A DNA stretch of 32,000 nucleotides from contig JACQNH010000044.1 in the NCBI GenBank assembly GCA_016203175.1, positions 6,426 to 38,425 of the forward strand, in the 5' to 3' direction. Under the pieces are notes generated by a model that saw only the letters and a program-made list of their open reading frames with translations, was not told the origin of the DNA and ran no database searches. The DNA is from Candidatus Woesearchaeota archaeon (GTDB taxonomy: Archaea; Nanobdellota; Nanobdellia; SCGC-AAA011-G17; JACQNH01). Each line of letters opens with the position of its first letter. The first letter of the stretch is position 1. Shown one piece after another: positions 16,269 to 24,730 of the stretch. The translations under genes were made by a program, and so were the position numbers.

Positions 16269-17007
16269 TTTTAACCCCTCCAAAAGCTAATAAATTTCTC
16301 TGTGATATATAATCCTTTCCCCCGTCATAAGCATAATCATCTGTAAATATTAATCTATCAGGATCATCCATTTCAAAACCATCATAAAATCTTATATAAT
16401 ATCTACAACTAATTTTTTTACATTCTTCAGCATCCTTATCAAAAATAGATTTGCCTAAAAATCTGTTATCAATCCTTAGTTTATTCCCCCATAACCCAGT
16501 TCTTTCCACATACTCAACAAAACTTTCTTCTGTATAACTATCATCATTAAAAAGTTTGTTTAGAGGTATATTTAATGCATTCAAAAATTCTGTTACACTT
16601 ATCTCATCACTTTTGTCTAAATCAATATTAAAATTAAAACAAGTATTATAACTATTAACAGCAAAAAACCACTCCTTCAATAATTTTGGATGAGGAGTAT
16701 TTCCAAGCATTTCCCAACATCTCCCCATTAATTTAACAATATCCTTAATAACTTCATCTTTATCCCCCTTTGCTATTTGATCTTTACTTCCACAAGCCAA
16801 AGGCATTGTCGCAGGAAGAAATTTACCAAAAAAAGAAACCAAATTACCATTAATCCTCCCACTAATAGCACAAGCCAATTCCCCCCCATAAAGACTAAAT
16901 TGCTTCTGACCTAAATAAACAATAGAACCAGCCACTACTGCAAAAATAATTACTAATACTATACCCAACATAACATTTGGACCCCCATCTCCTTTTTTAA
17001 GCAACAT
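16261..17007 (-). CDS. prepilin-like protein (class III signal peptide)
   Basis: The N-terminus is MLLKKG/DGGPNVMLGIVLVIIFAVVAGSIVYL. It is the first pilin-like gene downstream of the platform gene. Confidence 0.6.
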   Translation of the reverse strand: MLLKKGDGGPNVMLGIVLVIIFAVVAGSIVYLGQKQFSLYGGELACAISGRINGNLVSFFGKFLPATMPLACGSKDQIAKGDKDEVIKDIVKLMGRCWEMLGNTPHPKLLKEWFFAVNSYNTCFNFNIDLDKSDEISVTEFLNALNIPLNKLFNDDSYTEESFVEYVERTGLWGNKLRIDNRFLGKSIFDKDAEECKKISCRYYIRFYDGFEMDDPDRLIFTDDYAYDGGKDYISQRNLLAFGGVKSA

Positions 17008-17092
17008 AACTTCTTAACCCCCATATAACAAGTAACATTATCACTACTAACAATAAACTCAAGATCAATATCACAATATATCCAGTTTCCAT
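16997..17092 (-). CDS. possible 31-aa single-pass membrane micro-ORF
   Basis: The sequence is METGYIVILILSLLLVVIMLLVIWGLRSYVA*. It fills the gap between the platform gene (stop at 17095) and the next pilin gene and overlaps that gene's ATG. It has no KKG motif. It is called only from position and hydrophobicity. Confidence 0.3.
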   Translation of the reverse strand: METGYIVILILSLLLVVIMLLVIWGLRSYVA

Positions 17093-17094
17093 TT

Positions 17095-19215
17095 TTACAC
17101 CCCTATATTTACCCTAGCAATTGTGCTTGCAAGCAAATTAAATATTAATGTTACAACACCCGCTATTATAAAATAAGTTAAAACTGCTCTATATAAATTT
17201 TTTCCAGTTACAAATAATTGACTTATCTTATCAACACCATTTTCAATTCCATTGCTTAAAATACTTAAAATTATAGTTACCTCAACAACATAAATCCCAA
17301 CAATTAATTGAAAATAAAAAGGGGGGATTACCTTCTCAATAGGAAATAAACCTAATAAAGTGCTTACATTAAAAACACCTCCAGCTTCTTGAGCTCCTAA
17401 AATAGCAGTAAATTGCTTAGCTAATAAACCAATTATTGTAGTTATCATAGTTCCTATACCTACAACAACACCACCAATAACAGGAGTCAAAAAACTAATC
17501 TGCCCTTTCATACTGCTTATAACATCTGCTAATAAATCTTTTAATCTTTCAACAACCAAATGAACCTGTCTAAAATAATTTGAAATACTAATTAAACTTT
17601 GAGCAACTATACTCCCTCCTTTTCTACTTGCTTCCAACATAACCTTCATACTCGATTCAATTAAAGGAGAATTAAAATACCTTATAGCTCCTCTTTCAGA
17701 ATTAAATATAGCCTCTTGCAAACTCATCCCAACCATTTCTAAATTATTACTTACCAAAGCAAAAAATTCACCACTAGCAGTTCCTCTTAAACTTTCAGCT
17801 ACTTTTCTAAAAGAAACCTCAACAGGCAATCCATCTCCAACCCTATTTCCTAATTGAAATAAACTCCCAGAAAATTCCACTTCTAATTTCTGTATATCTT
17901 CAAAAGTTTTAACCAATACGCTACTTCTTCTTTTGCAATAAGCACCATAACCAAAAGCCAAACCCAAAGGAATTAACAAACTAAACAATACAGCCCCGAT
18001 ACCAAAAGGACCAAATTCACCACCCTCGCCACTTCTAAAATCCAAAAAACTTCCAACATCACTTCCCCCTATTCTTAATGGAATATCAAACTCAGGTATA
18101 ACTAAATGTATTATTAAAGGTAAAAAACCAATTAAAACTAAAAGCAATCCTATAACAAAACCAATAGTTTTTGATTCAGATATAACCTTTGGATCCTCTA
18201 AATATTTTACCTTACCTCCAAAACCAGTAGGACGATTATTTAATAAATTAGTTCCATAAAAATAAACTATCACAGGTAATGCAACATCATAAAAAAAACC
18301 AAGGACATACCATTTAACACCCAAAAAAGAACCTAATAAAGGTAATATAATCAATCCTAAAATTGGTAATACTACACCCAACATATGTAAATTTGTAACA
18401 GGATTTTTTAAATTTTGGGCATAATGCATCATTCCTTCATAACTTCCCTCTAACATAACATTCAATCCTTTTTCTAAAACCTCAATCCTTTTCTTCTCAG
18501 TTCCTTCATACAAACTCCCAGCAATCAACTGCATGCTTTCAACAAATTCTATATTCTTATCTTTCCATTGTTCCAGATAATTATCAACAGACTCTTTAAT
18601 TGTACTATATTTACCTATCTCAACATCCCAATAAATCTTCCTTAAATCTAAAGCTAATGAACCACCAACATGATCACCAGCAAATTTAATAGCTCTTTCA
18701 AAATTAGAAGTATGTCTCATATACATAACAACATACAAAACACACAAAACCATTCTATCACTAACCTCCATTCTGAATTTATTAGCAATTCTTAAGGGAT
18801 ACTTTCCCATTGGTTTAATCATAAAAACACCAAGACCCATAATTAAAAATATTAAAAAATAAAAAGAAATCCCAGGTAAATTTCCACCTAATAAACCATA
18901 AAAACCAAATCTTAAAACAAACAAAAAAATTCCAATTAATATTACCATCACAGCAAAACCCAAACCAAAACTTGCAGCTTCTTTAGGATTAATTAATAAA
19001 TGAGAAAATTCAATAGCTTTTTCAACTTTTTTCTCGCTTTCCTCATCTAATTTAACTGGAAAATATCTAACGCAAAACTTACAGGCCTTTTCATAAAACG
19101 TTAAGCCTCTACCTAAAACCTCTTCTCTAAAAACTAAATAATCCTTACTAAATATGCCCTCTTCTTCATTCTTATCTAAATTATACTTTTCTAAAACTTT
19201 ACTTATTCCTTCCAC
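17095..19215 (-). CDS. type IV pilus assembly platform membrane protein (FlaJ/TadC/PilC-like, two T2SSF-type domains)
   Basis: This is a polytopic membrane protein immediately downstream of the ATPase. It has two cytoplasmic helical domains: an N-terminal one, and a second reading FSGSLFQLGNRVGDGLPVEVSFRKVAE...GMSLQEAIFNSERGAIRYFNSPLIESSMKVMLEASRKGG. They alternate with TM bundles as in T2SSF proteins. The start is GTG, with a GAGG SD 5 nt upstream. Confidence 0.7.
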   Translation of the reverse strand: MEGISKVLEKYNLDKNEEEGIFSKDYLVFREEVLGRGLTFYEKACKFCVRYFPVKLDEESEKKVEKAIEFSHLLINPKEAASFGLGFAVMVILIGIFLFVLRFGFYGLLGGNLPGISFYFLIFLIMGLGVFMIKPMGKYPLRIANKFRMEVSDRMVLCVLYVVMYMRHTSNFERAIKFAGDHVGGSLALDLRKIYWDVEIGKYSTIKESVDNYLEQWKDKNIEFVESMQLIAGSLYEGTEKKRIEVLEKGLNVMLEGSYEGMMHYAQNLKNPVTNLHMLGVVLPILGLIILPLLGSFLGVKWYVLGFFYDVALPVIVYFYGTNLLNNRPTGFGGKVKYLEDPKVISESKTIGFVIGLLLVLIGFLPLIIHLVIPEFDIPLRIGGSDVGSFLDFRSGEGGEFGPFGIGAVLFSLLIPLGLAFGYGAYCKRRSSVLVKTFEDIQKLEVEFSGSLFQLGNRVGDGLPVEVSFRKVAESLRGTASGEFFALVSNNLEMVGMSLQEAIFNSERGAIRYFNSPLIESSMKVMLEASRKGGSIVAQSLISISNYFRQVHLVVERLKDLLADVISSMKGQISFLTPVIGGVVVGIGTMITTIIGLLAKQFTAILGAQEAGGVFNVSTLLGLFPIEKVIPPFYFQLIVGIYVVEVTIILSILSNGIENGVDKISQLFVTGKNLYRAVLTYFIIAGVVTLIFNLLASTIARVNIGV

Positions 19216-19227
19216 TTTTCCTCTTTT

Positions 19228-22200
19228 TTATTCTTTTTCCAAAGCTGTCCTCTCACCTTGAATACCTTTTTTTAACCATTCAACCCATTCATTATAAATT
19301 TTTTTACTATCTAAAACACCAGTCATACTTTTTACATTTTCAGAAACAATATGGAACATATCATTAGCTTGAACAATAAAATCAGCCTCTAAAATATCAG
19401 GTCTGTTTAACTTTAGACTATAATCCAATAAAGTTTGTTTTATTTTAGCTCTTAATAAAATATTATCCCAAACAGCAGCCCAATTTCCAGCCCAGTCTTT
19501 AACATTCCCAGCTATAGATTTCAAAATTTCACTATCTCCATTTTTTAAATCATCTGTAATCTCTAATTGATCTGTCTTAGGATTATATCTCATTAAATCT
19601 ACAAAACCACCCTCTTTCAAAGGATCTTCTTCCCAATGTTTTCTTACCTCAGTAATTTGTAAAACCCTTCTAAAATAGCTCAAACCATCGGGGCTTCTAA
19701 CAGGATTTGATAGCACAATTATATCTGTAGCTTTAAAACTTGTTCTTGGAACACCTAAATCATTTACAACTCTATCAAATACACCATAAGGACTTTCGCC
19801 ATGAATTGTACCTGCAACGACATTAGCTAACGCACCTATGCGCATGGACTCAAAAAGTGACTTTGCTTCAACACTTCTTATTTCACCTACAATTAAACTA
19901 CTATCCCCCATTCTTAAACTCGTTCTTATCCCCTCATCAGCGCCAACTTCAGTTCCACCAGTAGCTAAAGCACTTCTTACTTTCATCTGCTGAACATTAT
20001 AACCTAATCTTCTATATGCTTCTAAAGGAATCTCTAAAGTATCTTCAATCGAAACTATTCTGTATTTCCTCATAATCTCAGCAATAGCACTTCCCAAAAG
20101 ACTAGTATTATGAGCAATAATCCCATTAGCAACAAAATTATGTGTCCTATCAACAGTTAAATCATAAACATAATCATCTATTTTATTAACAACTTCAATA
20201 GATACAATTTCATCCCAAAAAATATCAGAATGTGCTAATTGCTCAGTCTCACAAATTAAATCAAAAACTTCTTTCGCAACTACCTTATCATAAATATTTA
20301 AAATAGTTTTAACAATAGATTGAAATACTTCTAAAGTAGATACACCTTTTCCCATAAAGAAATTTGTTACAGTTGTAATAGAAACATCATCAGATAAAAA
20401 TTCAGAATTAGAAATATTAAGCTCATTCCTCAAATAGGAAATGAGTATACCAACATCAAGATAGCTTATTAAAAATTTCATAGAGTTTAGTTTACTAAGT
20501 AAATCAACAGCTTCTTTAAAATTTGATAAAAGCTTACTCCTTAATTCAACTAGATAACTTTCAAGTAATATTTGTTTTTGCACAGGTATATTGATGTTAT
20601 CTGGACCATAAGCATAATATTTCAAAGTAGTTTCAGGAATACTAGTAGCTTTAGAAATATCAACGTAAGAAACTAAACCTGCATTAACGAAAAGCGGTAC
20701 ATTTCTCATGGTCAAGTCTAAATTCTTTAAAAACTCCAGCTCAACAAAACGTTTATTAAAAAAATTAATAATAGAAGAAGTTCGAGCTAAATTGCTAATA
20801 TTACCAATTCTAAAATTTTTTAATATTTTTCTAACTCCTCTTTCGGAAAAACCTAAATTAGCAGCTAAAGTACCATAAGATAAACCAAAAAGCTCTTTCA
20901 ATCTAGCAATATCTTTAAAATACAAGCTACCATCAAAATTAACAAAATTTCTTAAATTATTTACTTTTTCATTTAAAGAAAGAAGTTTTATATATCTTTC
21001 TTTATAAAAACATATAATCTTTGAAAACCAATTTCTTGTTACTCTATATTGATCATTTTCATAAGACCAATAATCCTTTCCAATATCTTTCCTTAAATCC
21101 AATGGTGAAACTCTAAGTTTCTTCCTTAATAATCTAAAAATTTCATTTCCTTGGGGGATTGTATCAACATTTGTATTTTCTATATATTTTTTTGTTACAA
21201 GCGAATTTAAAACTTCTTTTTTAAAAGGATGCGAAAAACCAATATTATTAAAGAAGTCTACAACACAACGGCCATAAATATAATTTCTATAATAAGGCAC
21301 ACCATTTATTATTTTTAAACAATTAAAAGTAGTTATACCAAATCGCAATAAAGCAAATCTTAGGTACTCAATCATTGATTTACTTGCCGATACAAGTTCT
21401 ATCATTCTCTTATCTTTACTAACAGAACCATCTGTATCAAAATAACCTCTTAAAAAAGCAGCTAAAACCTCATTCTTTGATTTGAGTATAACCTGAGGAA
21501 TAATAATTTTATTTGCCTTATTTCCTAGTGGAATCTCAAAAACCTCACTCAAAAGACTAGAAAGGATTCTAGAGGATACTTGAACAACAGTAGTAGTCCT
21601 AGATTTAAAAACCCTATAGGGCACATTGAACATTTTTATTAATCTAATATACTTCTCTCTAAGTTCTACACAGCTATTATGAAATTCTAATTTTGTTTTA
21701 TCAATATGACCATCCCCTAAAATTAAACCAACAAATTCAGCAATGTCAGCATCAACCAATTTAGGAAAGTAAACAATTGAAGAATTAGTTTTTCCCTTTA
21801 AAATATAATAATCATCATTTTCTCTAATAAGATAAGGATGCCCTTTTAAATCAATCGAAATTTCTTTACCAATAACTTCAATTTTTCTAGGGGAAGCAAT
21901 TAAATCCTTAATTTTAAGTTCATCAGCTCTCTTATTTTTTAAACCCTTATAATAAACAAAGTAAGGATGCTCACAAGTAGTAATTATCTCCTTTCCGCTC
22001 TTTGTTCTTATTTTAATAAGTTTGTCAGGTGAACTTCTTTTCCAAACATCTGTAATCTTTTGATTAGATATCTGAAATCCATCTAAAGACTTAACACTTA
22101 AATCAGAGATAGGCTCATAAATATAACCATCATCAATCTGTTTTTTCTCTTTTCCAACTAAATCCTTAATCTTCTTTATACCACCATCAGCAAACTGTAT

Positions 22201-23613
22201 TAAAGTATCCCCACCAACACACTTTCCTGAACTTCTTGTACCAGCAAAAATTAAGGACCTGTTTCCATCGATTACAAAACTTAACAAACCAGCAGCCATA
22301 CTATTAATCATTTTGTTCTTCATAAATAAAGGAAAAGTCCATGGCTTATCCCTATGTCTCCTGAATGCATAAGCCAAACCAAAAGGATTTAATGGACTAG
22401 TTATAATTGCAACCCTCGCTCTTGATTTAGGCAAAATTAATTCCGTATCTAAAATAGGATTTGCCTCATCTAACGCCCTTCCACTTAAAATTCTAAATTT
22501 AGTTGCCCACCCTTGAACATCATCATTACTAGGATAAATATTTGTAAAACAATGACCATAATCTTGATGAACAACATAAATAGGATTCTCACCAACAGGA
22601 GCATTAATTGTTATATCTTGTATCTTCTCATCTTCTAACAAAACTTCAATCAAACCAAAACCAATAGTATAACGAACTAAAATCGAAGATAAATCATTTA
22701 ATTTTTCAATACTAATATCCATTTCTCTTTGATCAGCCAATTCAGTTAATAAATCTCGAGCAATATTAAAAAAAGTATTCCTAACCCTTTCAGGCTCTAA
22801 AAAGTCTTCTTCTCTAGGTTGATGTTCACGAATTATTCCCCTAGCAGTCTCCAATAAACTATATTCATCCTCACTTAGTTTAAATTCAGGGGGATTTAAT
22901 TGATACAAATATTTTATGTCTCCTTTAATCCTGTAAACCCCAACATCACTTTGATTAAAACTATAAACATCTAATTGCTCTGCATCTAAAGGAGGCTGTA
23001 CTCTTAATCTAGAAAGCATAAAATCAGGAGTAATAGCAGCCCTAAACACTAATCGATAAATACTTCTATCACCAATCTCAAAACCATCTAATTCATCCCT
23101 TGTAGCATTTATCAAAGCAGTATTATTTAACAATCCATACAAATAATCTAAAAGATCAAAAAAAGATTTCTCATAGGGGTTCTCAGCTTTTTTTAGTCTT
23201 ATTCTACTTTCCCTCCTCAATCTTTTTATTTCAACAAAAGCACTTATAGGATCACTTTTTAATAAACCATAAACAATAGTCTGTAAATTTGTTAATCTTT
23301 CACCCAAATAAGAAGAGCAGTTAGGGTCCAAAACCAAACTCCAAATACCTCTTTGTTTTACTAAGGCATTATAAACATTAGAGATTTCAACTAATAACTG
23401 GGTTTGATGATAATTGTAAATATAATTCTTATTTAAATAAAAAATTATTCTCTTAACTCCTGGAAATTCAATTAATCTTTCAATGGTTTTTAACATACAG
23501 ACAGGATCATCTTCTAAACTAGGGCTATGACCTGCTATCAAACAATCTATCTTTAAAATCTCTTCCTGCCCTTCCCTAACAATCTGAAACTCTCTTTTTT
23601 CAACTTCAACCAT
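19228..23613 (-). CDS. type II/IV secretion-family ATPase (FlaI/PilB/GspE-like pilus assembly ATPase), intein-containing precursor
   Basis: Walker A is split as AGTRSSGK-[intein]-TSLLGS. Downstream motifs are RIVSIEDTLEI, the Asp-box/Walker B SSLIVGEIRSVEA and the His-box VAGTIHGESP. The exteins are 464 + 292 aa. Confidence 0.85.
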   Translation of the reverse strand: MVEVEKREFQIVREGQEEILKIDCLIAGHSPSLEDDPVCMLKTIERLIEFPGVKRIIFYLNKNYIYNYHQTQLLVEISNVYNALVKQRGIWSLVLDPNCSSYLGERLTNLQTIVYGLLKSDPISAFVEIKRLRRESRIRLKKAENPYEKSFFDLLDYLYGLLNNTALINATRDELDGFEIGDRSIYRLVFRAAITPDFMLSRLRVQPPLDAEQLDVYSFNQSDVGVYRIKGDIKYLYQLNPPEFKLSEDEYSLLETARGIIREHQPREEDFLEPERVRNTFFNIARDLLTELADQREMDISIEKLNDLSSILVRYTIGFGLIEVLLEDEKIQDITINAPVGENPIYVVHQDYGHCFTNIYPSNDDVQGWATKFRILSGRALDEANPILDTELILPKSRARVAIITSPLNPFGLAYAFRRHRDKPWTFPLFMKNKMINSMAAGLLSFVIDGNRSLIFAGTRSSGKCVGGDTLIQFADGGIKKIKDLVGKEKKQIDDGYIYEPISDLSVKSLDGFQISNQKITDVWKRSSPDKLIKIRTKSGKEIITTCEHPYFVYYKGLKNKRADELKIKDLIASPRKIEVIGKEISIDLKGHPYLIRENDDYYILKGKTNSSIVYFPKLVDADIAEFVGLILGDGHIDKTKLEFHNSCVELREKYIRLIKMFNVPYRVFKSRTTTVVQVSSRILSSLLSEVFEIPLGNKANKIIIPQVILKSKNEVLAAFLRGYFDTDGSVSKDKRMIELVSASKSMIEYLRFALLRFGITTFNCLKIINGVPYYRNYIYGRCVVDFFNNIGFSHPFKKEVLNSLVTKKYIENTNVDTIPQGNEIFRLLRKKLRVSPLDLRKDIGKDYWSYENDQYRVTRNWFSKIICFYKERYIKLLSLNEKVNNLRNFVNFDGSLYFKDIARLKELFGLSYGTLAANLGFSERGVRKILKNFRIGNISNLARTSSIINFFNKRFVELEFLKNLDLTMRNVPLFVNAGLVSYVDISKATSIPETTLKYYAYGPDNINIPVQKQILLESYLVELRSKLLSNFKEAVDLLSKLNSMKFLISYLDVGILISYLRNELNISNSEFLSDDVSITTVTNFFMGKGVSTLEVFQSIVKTILNIYDKVVAKEVFDLICETEQLAHSDIFWDEIVSIEVVNKIDDYVYDLTVDRTHNFVANGIIAHNTSLLGSAIAEIMRKYRIVSIEDTLEIPLEAYRRLGYNVQQMKVRSALATGGTEVGADEGIRTSLRMGDSSLIVGEIRSVEAKSLFESMRIGALANVVAGTIHGESPYGVFDRVVNDLGVPRTSFKATDIIVLSNPVRSPDGLSYFRRVLQITEVRKHWEEDPLKEGGFVDLMRYNPKTDQLEITDDLKNGDSEILKSIAGNVKDWAGNWAAVWDNILLRAKIKQTLLDYSLKLNRPDILEADFIVQANDMFHIVSENVKSMTGVLDSKKIYNEWVEWLKKGIQGERTALEKE
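20107..22221 (-). mobile_element. large (705-aa) LAGLIDADG intein in the P-loop of the pilus ATPase (aa 465-1169)
   Basis: Block A is CVGGDTLIQFADGG (Cys1) and block B is IITTCEHPYF (TxxH). The LAGLIDADG motifs are FVGLILGDGH and FLRGYFDTDGS. The C-terminal blocks are YVYDLTVDRTHNFVANGIIAHN, followed by Thr+1. Boundary codons were checked: TGT 22221..22219 and AAT 20109..20107. Excision restores GTRSSGKT. Confidence 0.85.
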
Positions 23614-23694
23614 TTAATACCTCTTCAAAAACCTTTTTAAATACCAATAACTTTGAAAGATTAAATAGTTTTCGATTACAAAAAGAGGTTTAAA

Positions 23695-24063
23695 ATGGTA
23701 TTAGAACAAACAAATGAAGCAGAATATTTTTTAGCTTCAGCAGGAACAAGATTATCAATTCTAGAAAATAAGTACAATATGATTAGTGAAAAATTACTAA
23801 TTATAAACCAGAATATGATCACAGAGTATAAAAGGTTATTAACAGAAATAAGCTCATTTGGAAGAGAAATTAAGGATTTAAAATCACAAATAAACACTTT
23901 AAAAGAATCCTTAACATTAATTTCAAGAGAATTAACATTTTTTGCAAGAAAAGAATCTGTTAAAGAATTAGAAAAGTATATTAACCTCTGGCAACCACTA
24001 AATTTCACAACAGAAGACGATGTTAAAAGAATAATAAGAGAAGAAAAAAGAGGTAAAAAATAA
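23695..24063 (+). CDS. coiled-coil protein, unknown function
   Basis: The 122-aa protein is heptad-rich (ENKYNMISEKLLIINQNMITEYKRLLTEISSFGREIKDLKSQINTLKESL). It has an AGAGG SD. It is divergent from the ATPase operon and overlaps the next gene by 1 nt (TAATG). Confidence 0.55.
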   Translation: MVLEQTNEAEYFLASAGTRLSILENKYNMISEKLLIINQNMITEYKRLLTEISSFGREIKDLKSQINTLKESLTLISRELTFFARKESVKELEKYINLWQPLNFTTEDDVKRIIREEKRGKK

Positions 24064-24644
24064 TGCCATCACCTTTAGAATTAGCAGTTGAACTCCAGAA
24101 TAAAGGATTGGGTGAAGAAAGAATAGCATCAGAACTAGCAACACAAGGTTTCTCAAAAGAACAAATTTCTCAAGCTATAACACAAGCAAATGTTAAAACA
24201 CAAGTAGAAGAAATTCCAGAACCCCCCCCAGCACCTGAAGCACCTATTACAATACAAGAAACCCCTCAACAAATTCCAGAACCACAAGTAGGACAATTCC
24301 AGACCTATACATCTACAACATCCCAACAAATAGAACAAATAGCAGAAGAAATTATCCAAGAAAAATGGGAAAGATTTGTAGAAACATTTGGCGACTTACC
24401 TATCTGGAAAGAAAAAATTGAAACAGATGTTTTGTCAATTAAACAAGAGATCGTCAGAACACAAGATAGATTAAATGGCATTGAAAGAGCATTAGCATCT
24501 AAAGTACAAGAATATTCTGAATCCATAACAGATCTAACAGCAGAAATGAAAGCACTATCAAAATTATTAAATCAAATCTTACAACCATTAACATCTAATA
24601 TAAAGGAACTACAAAGATTAACTGAAAAATTTAAGAAAGAATAA
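24063..24644 (+). CDS. three-part protein: small helical N-domain, Pro/Glu/Gln-rich linker and C-terminal coiled coil; unknown function
   Basis: The N-domain is PSPLELAVELQNKGLGEERIASELATQGFSKEQISQAI. The linker is EEIPEPPPAPEAPITIQETPQQIPEPQ. The coiled coil is KQEIVRTQDRLNGIERALASKVQEYSESITDLTAEMKALSKLL. Confidence 0.55.
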   Translation: MPSPLELAVELQNKGLGEERIASELATQGFSKEQISQAITQANVKTQVEEIPEPPPAPEAPITIQETPQQIPEPQVGQFQTYTSTTSQQIEQIAEEIIQEKWERFVETFGDLPIWKEKIETDVLSIKQEIVRTQDRLNGIERALASKVQEYSESITDLTAEMKALSKLLNQILQPLTSNIKELQRLTEKFKKE

Positions 24645-24730
24645 TTTACCTTTAAATGCCTTATTTTTGTAATTATAGACCAGTAGTAAAAAATAGAAAG
24701 GTTTATATAGCAATTTACTTATAACCCCTT

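Noticed and set aside
9677-23613. Archaellum (archaeal flagellum) interpretation of the ATPase/platform/pilin cluster
   Set aside because: No archaellin-type subunits and no FlaH, FlaF/G or FlaC/D/E-like genes are recognisable. The gene set fits a non-archaellar type IV pilus better.
23676-24008. 110-aa minus-strand ORF opposite the first coiled-coil gene
   Set aside because: The plus-strand ORF has an SD, an ATG, heptad periodicity and a TAATG junction with the next gene. The minus-strand ORF has none of these.
24153-24526. Two minus-strand ORFs (68 and 73 aa) inside the second coiled-coil gene
   Set aside because: They are Cys/Phe/Leu-rich shadow translations antisense to the better-supported plus-strand gene.
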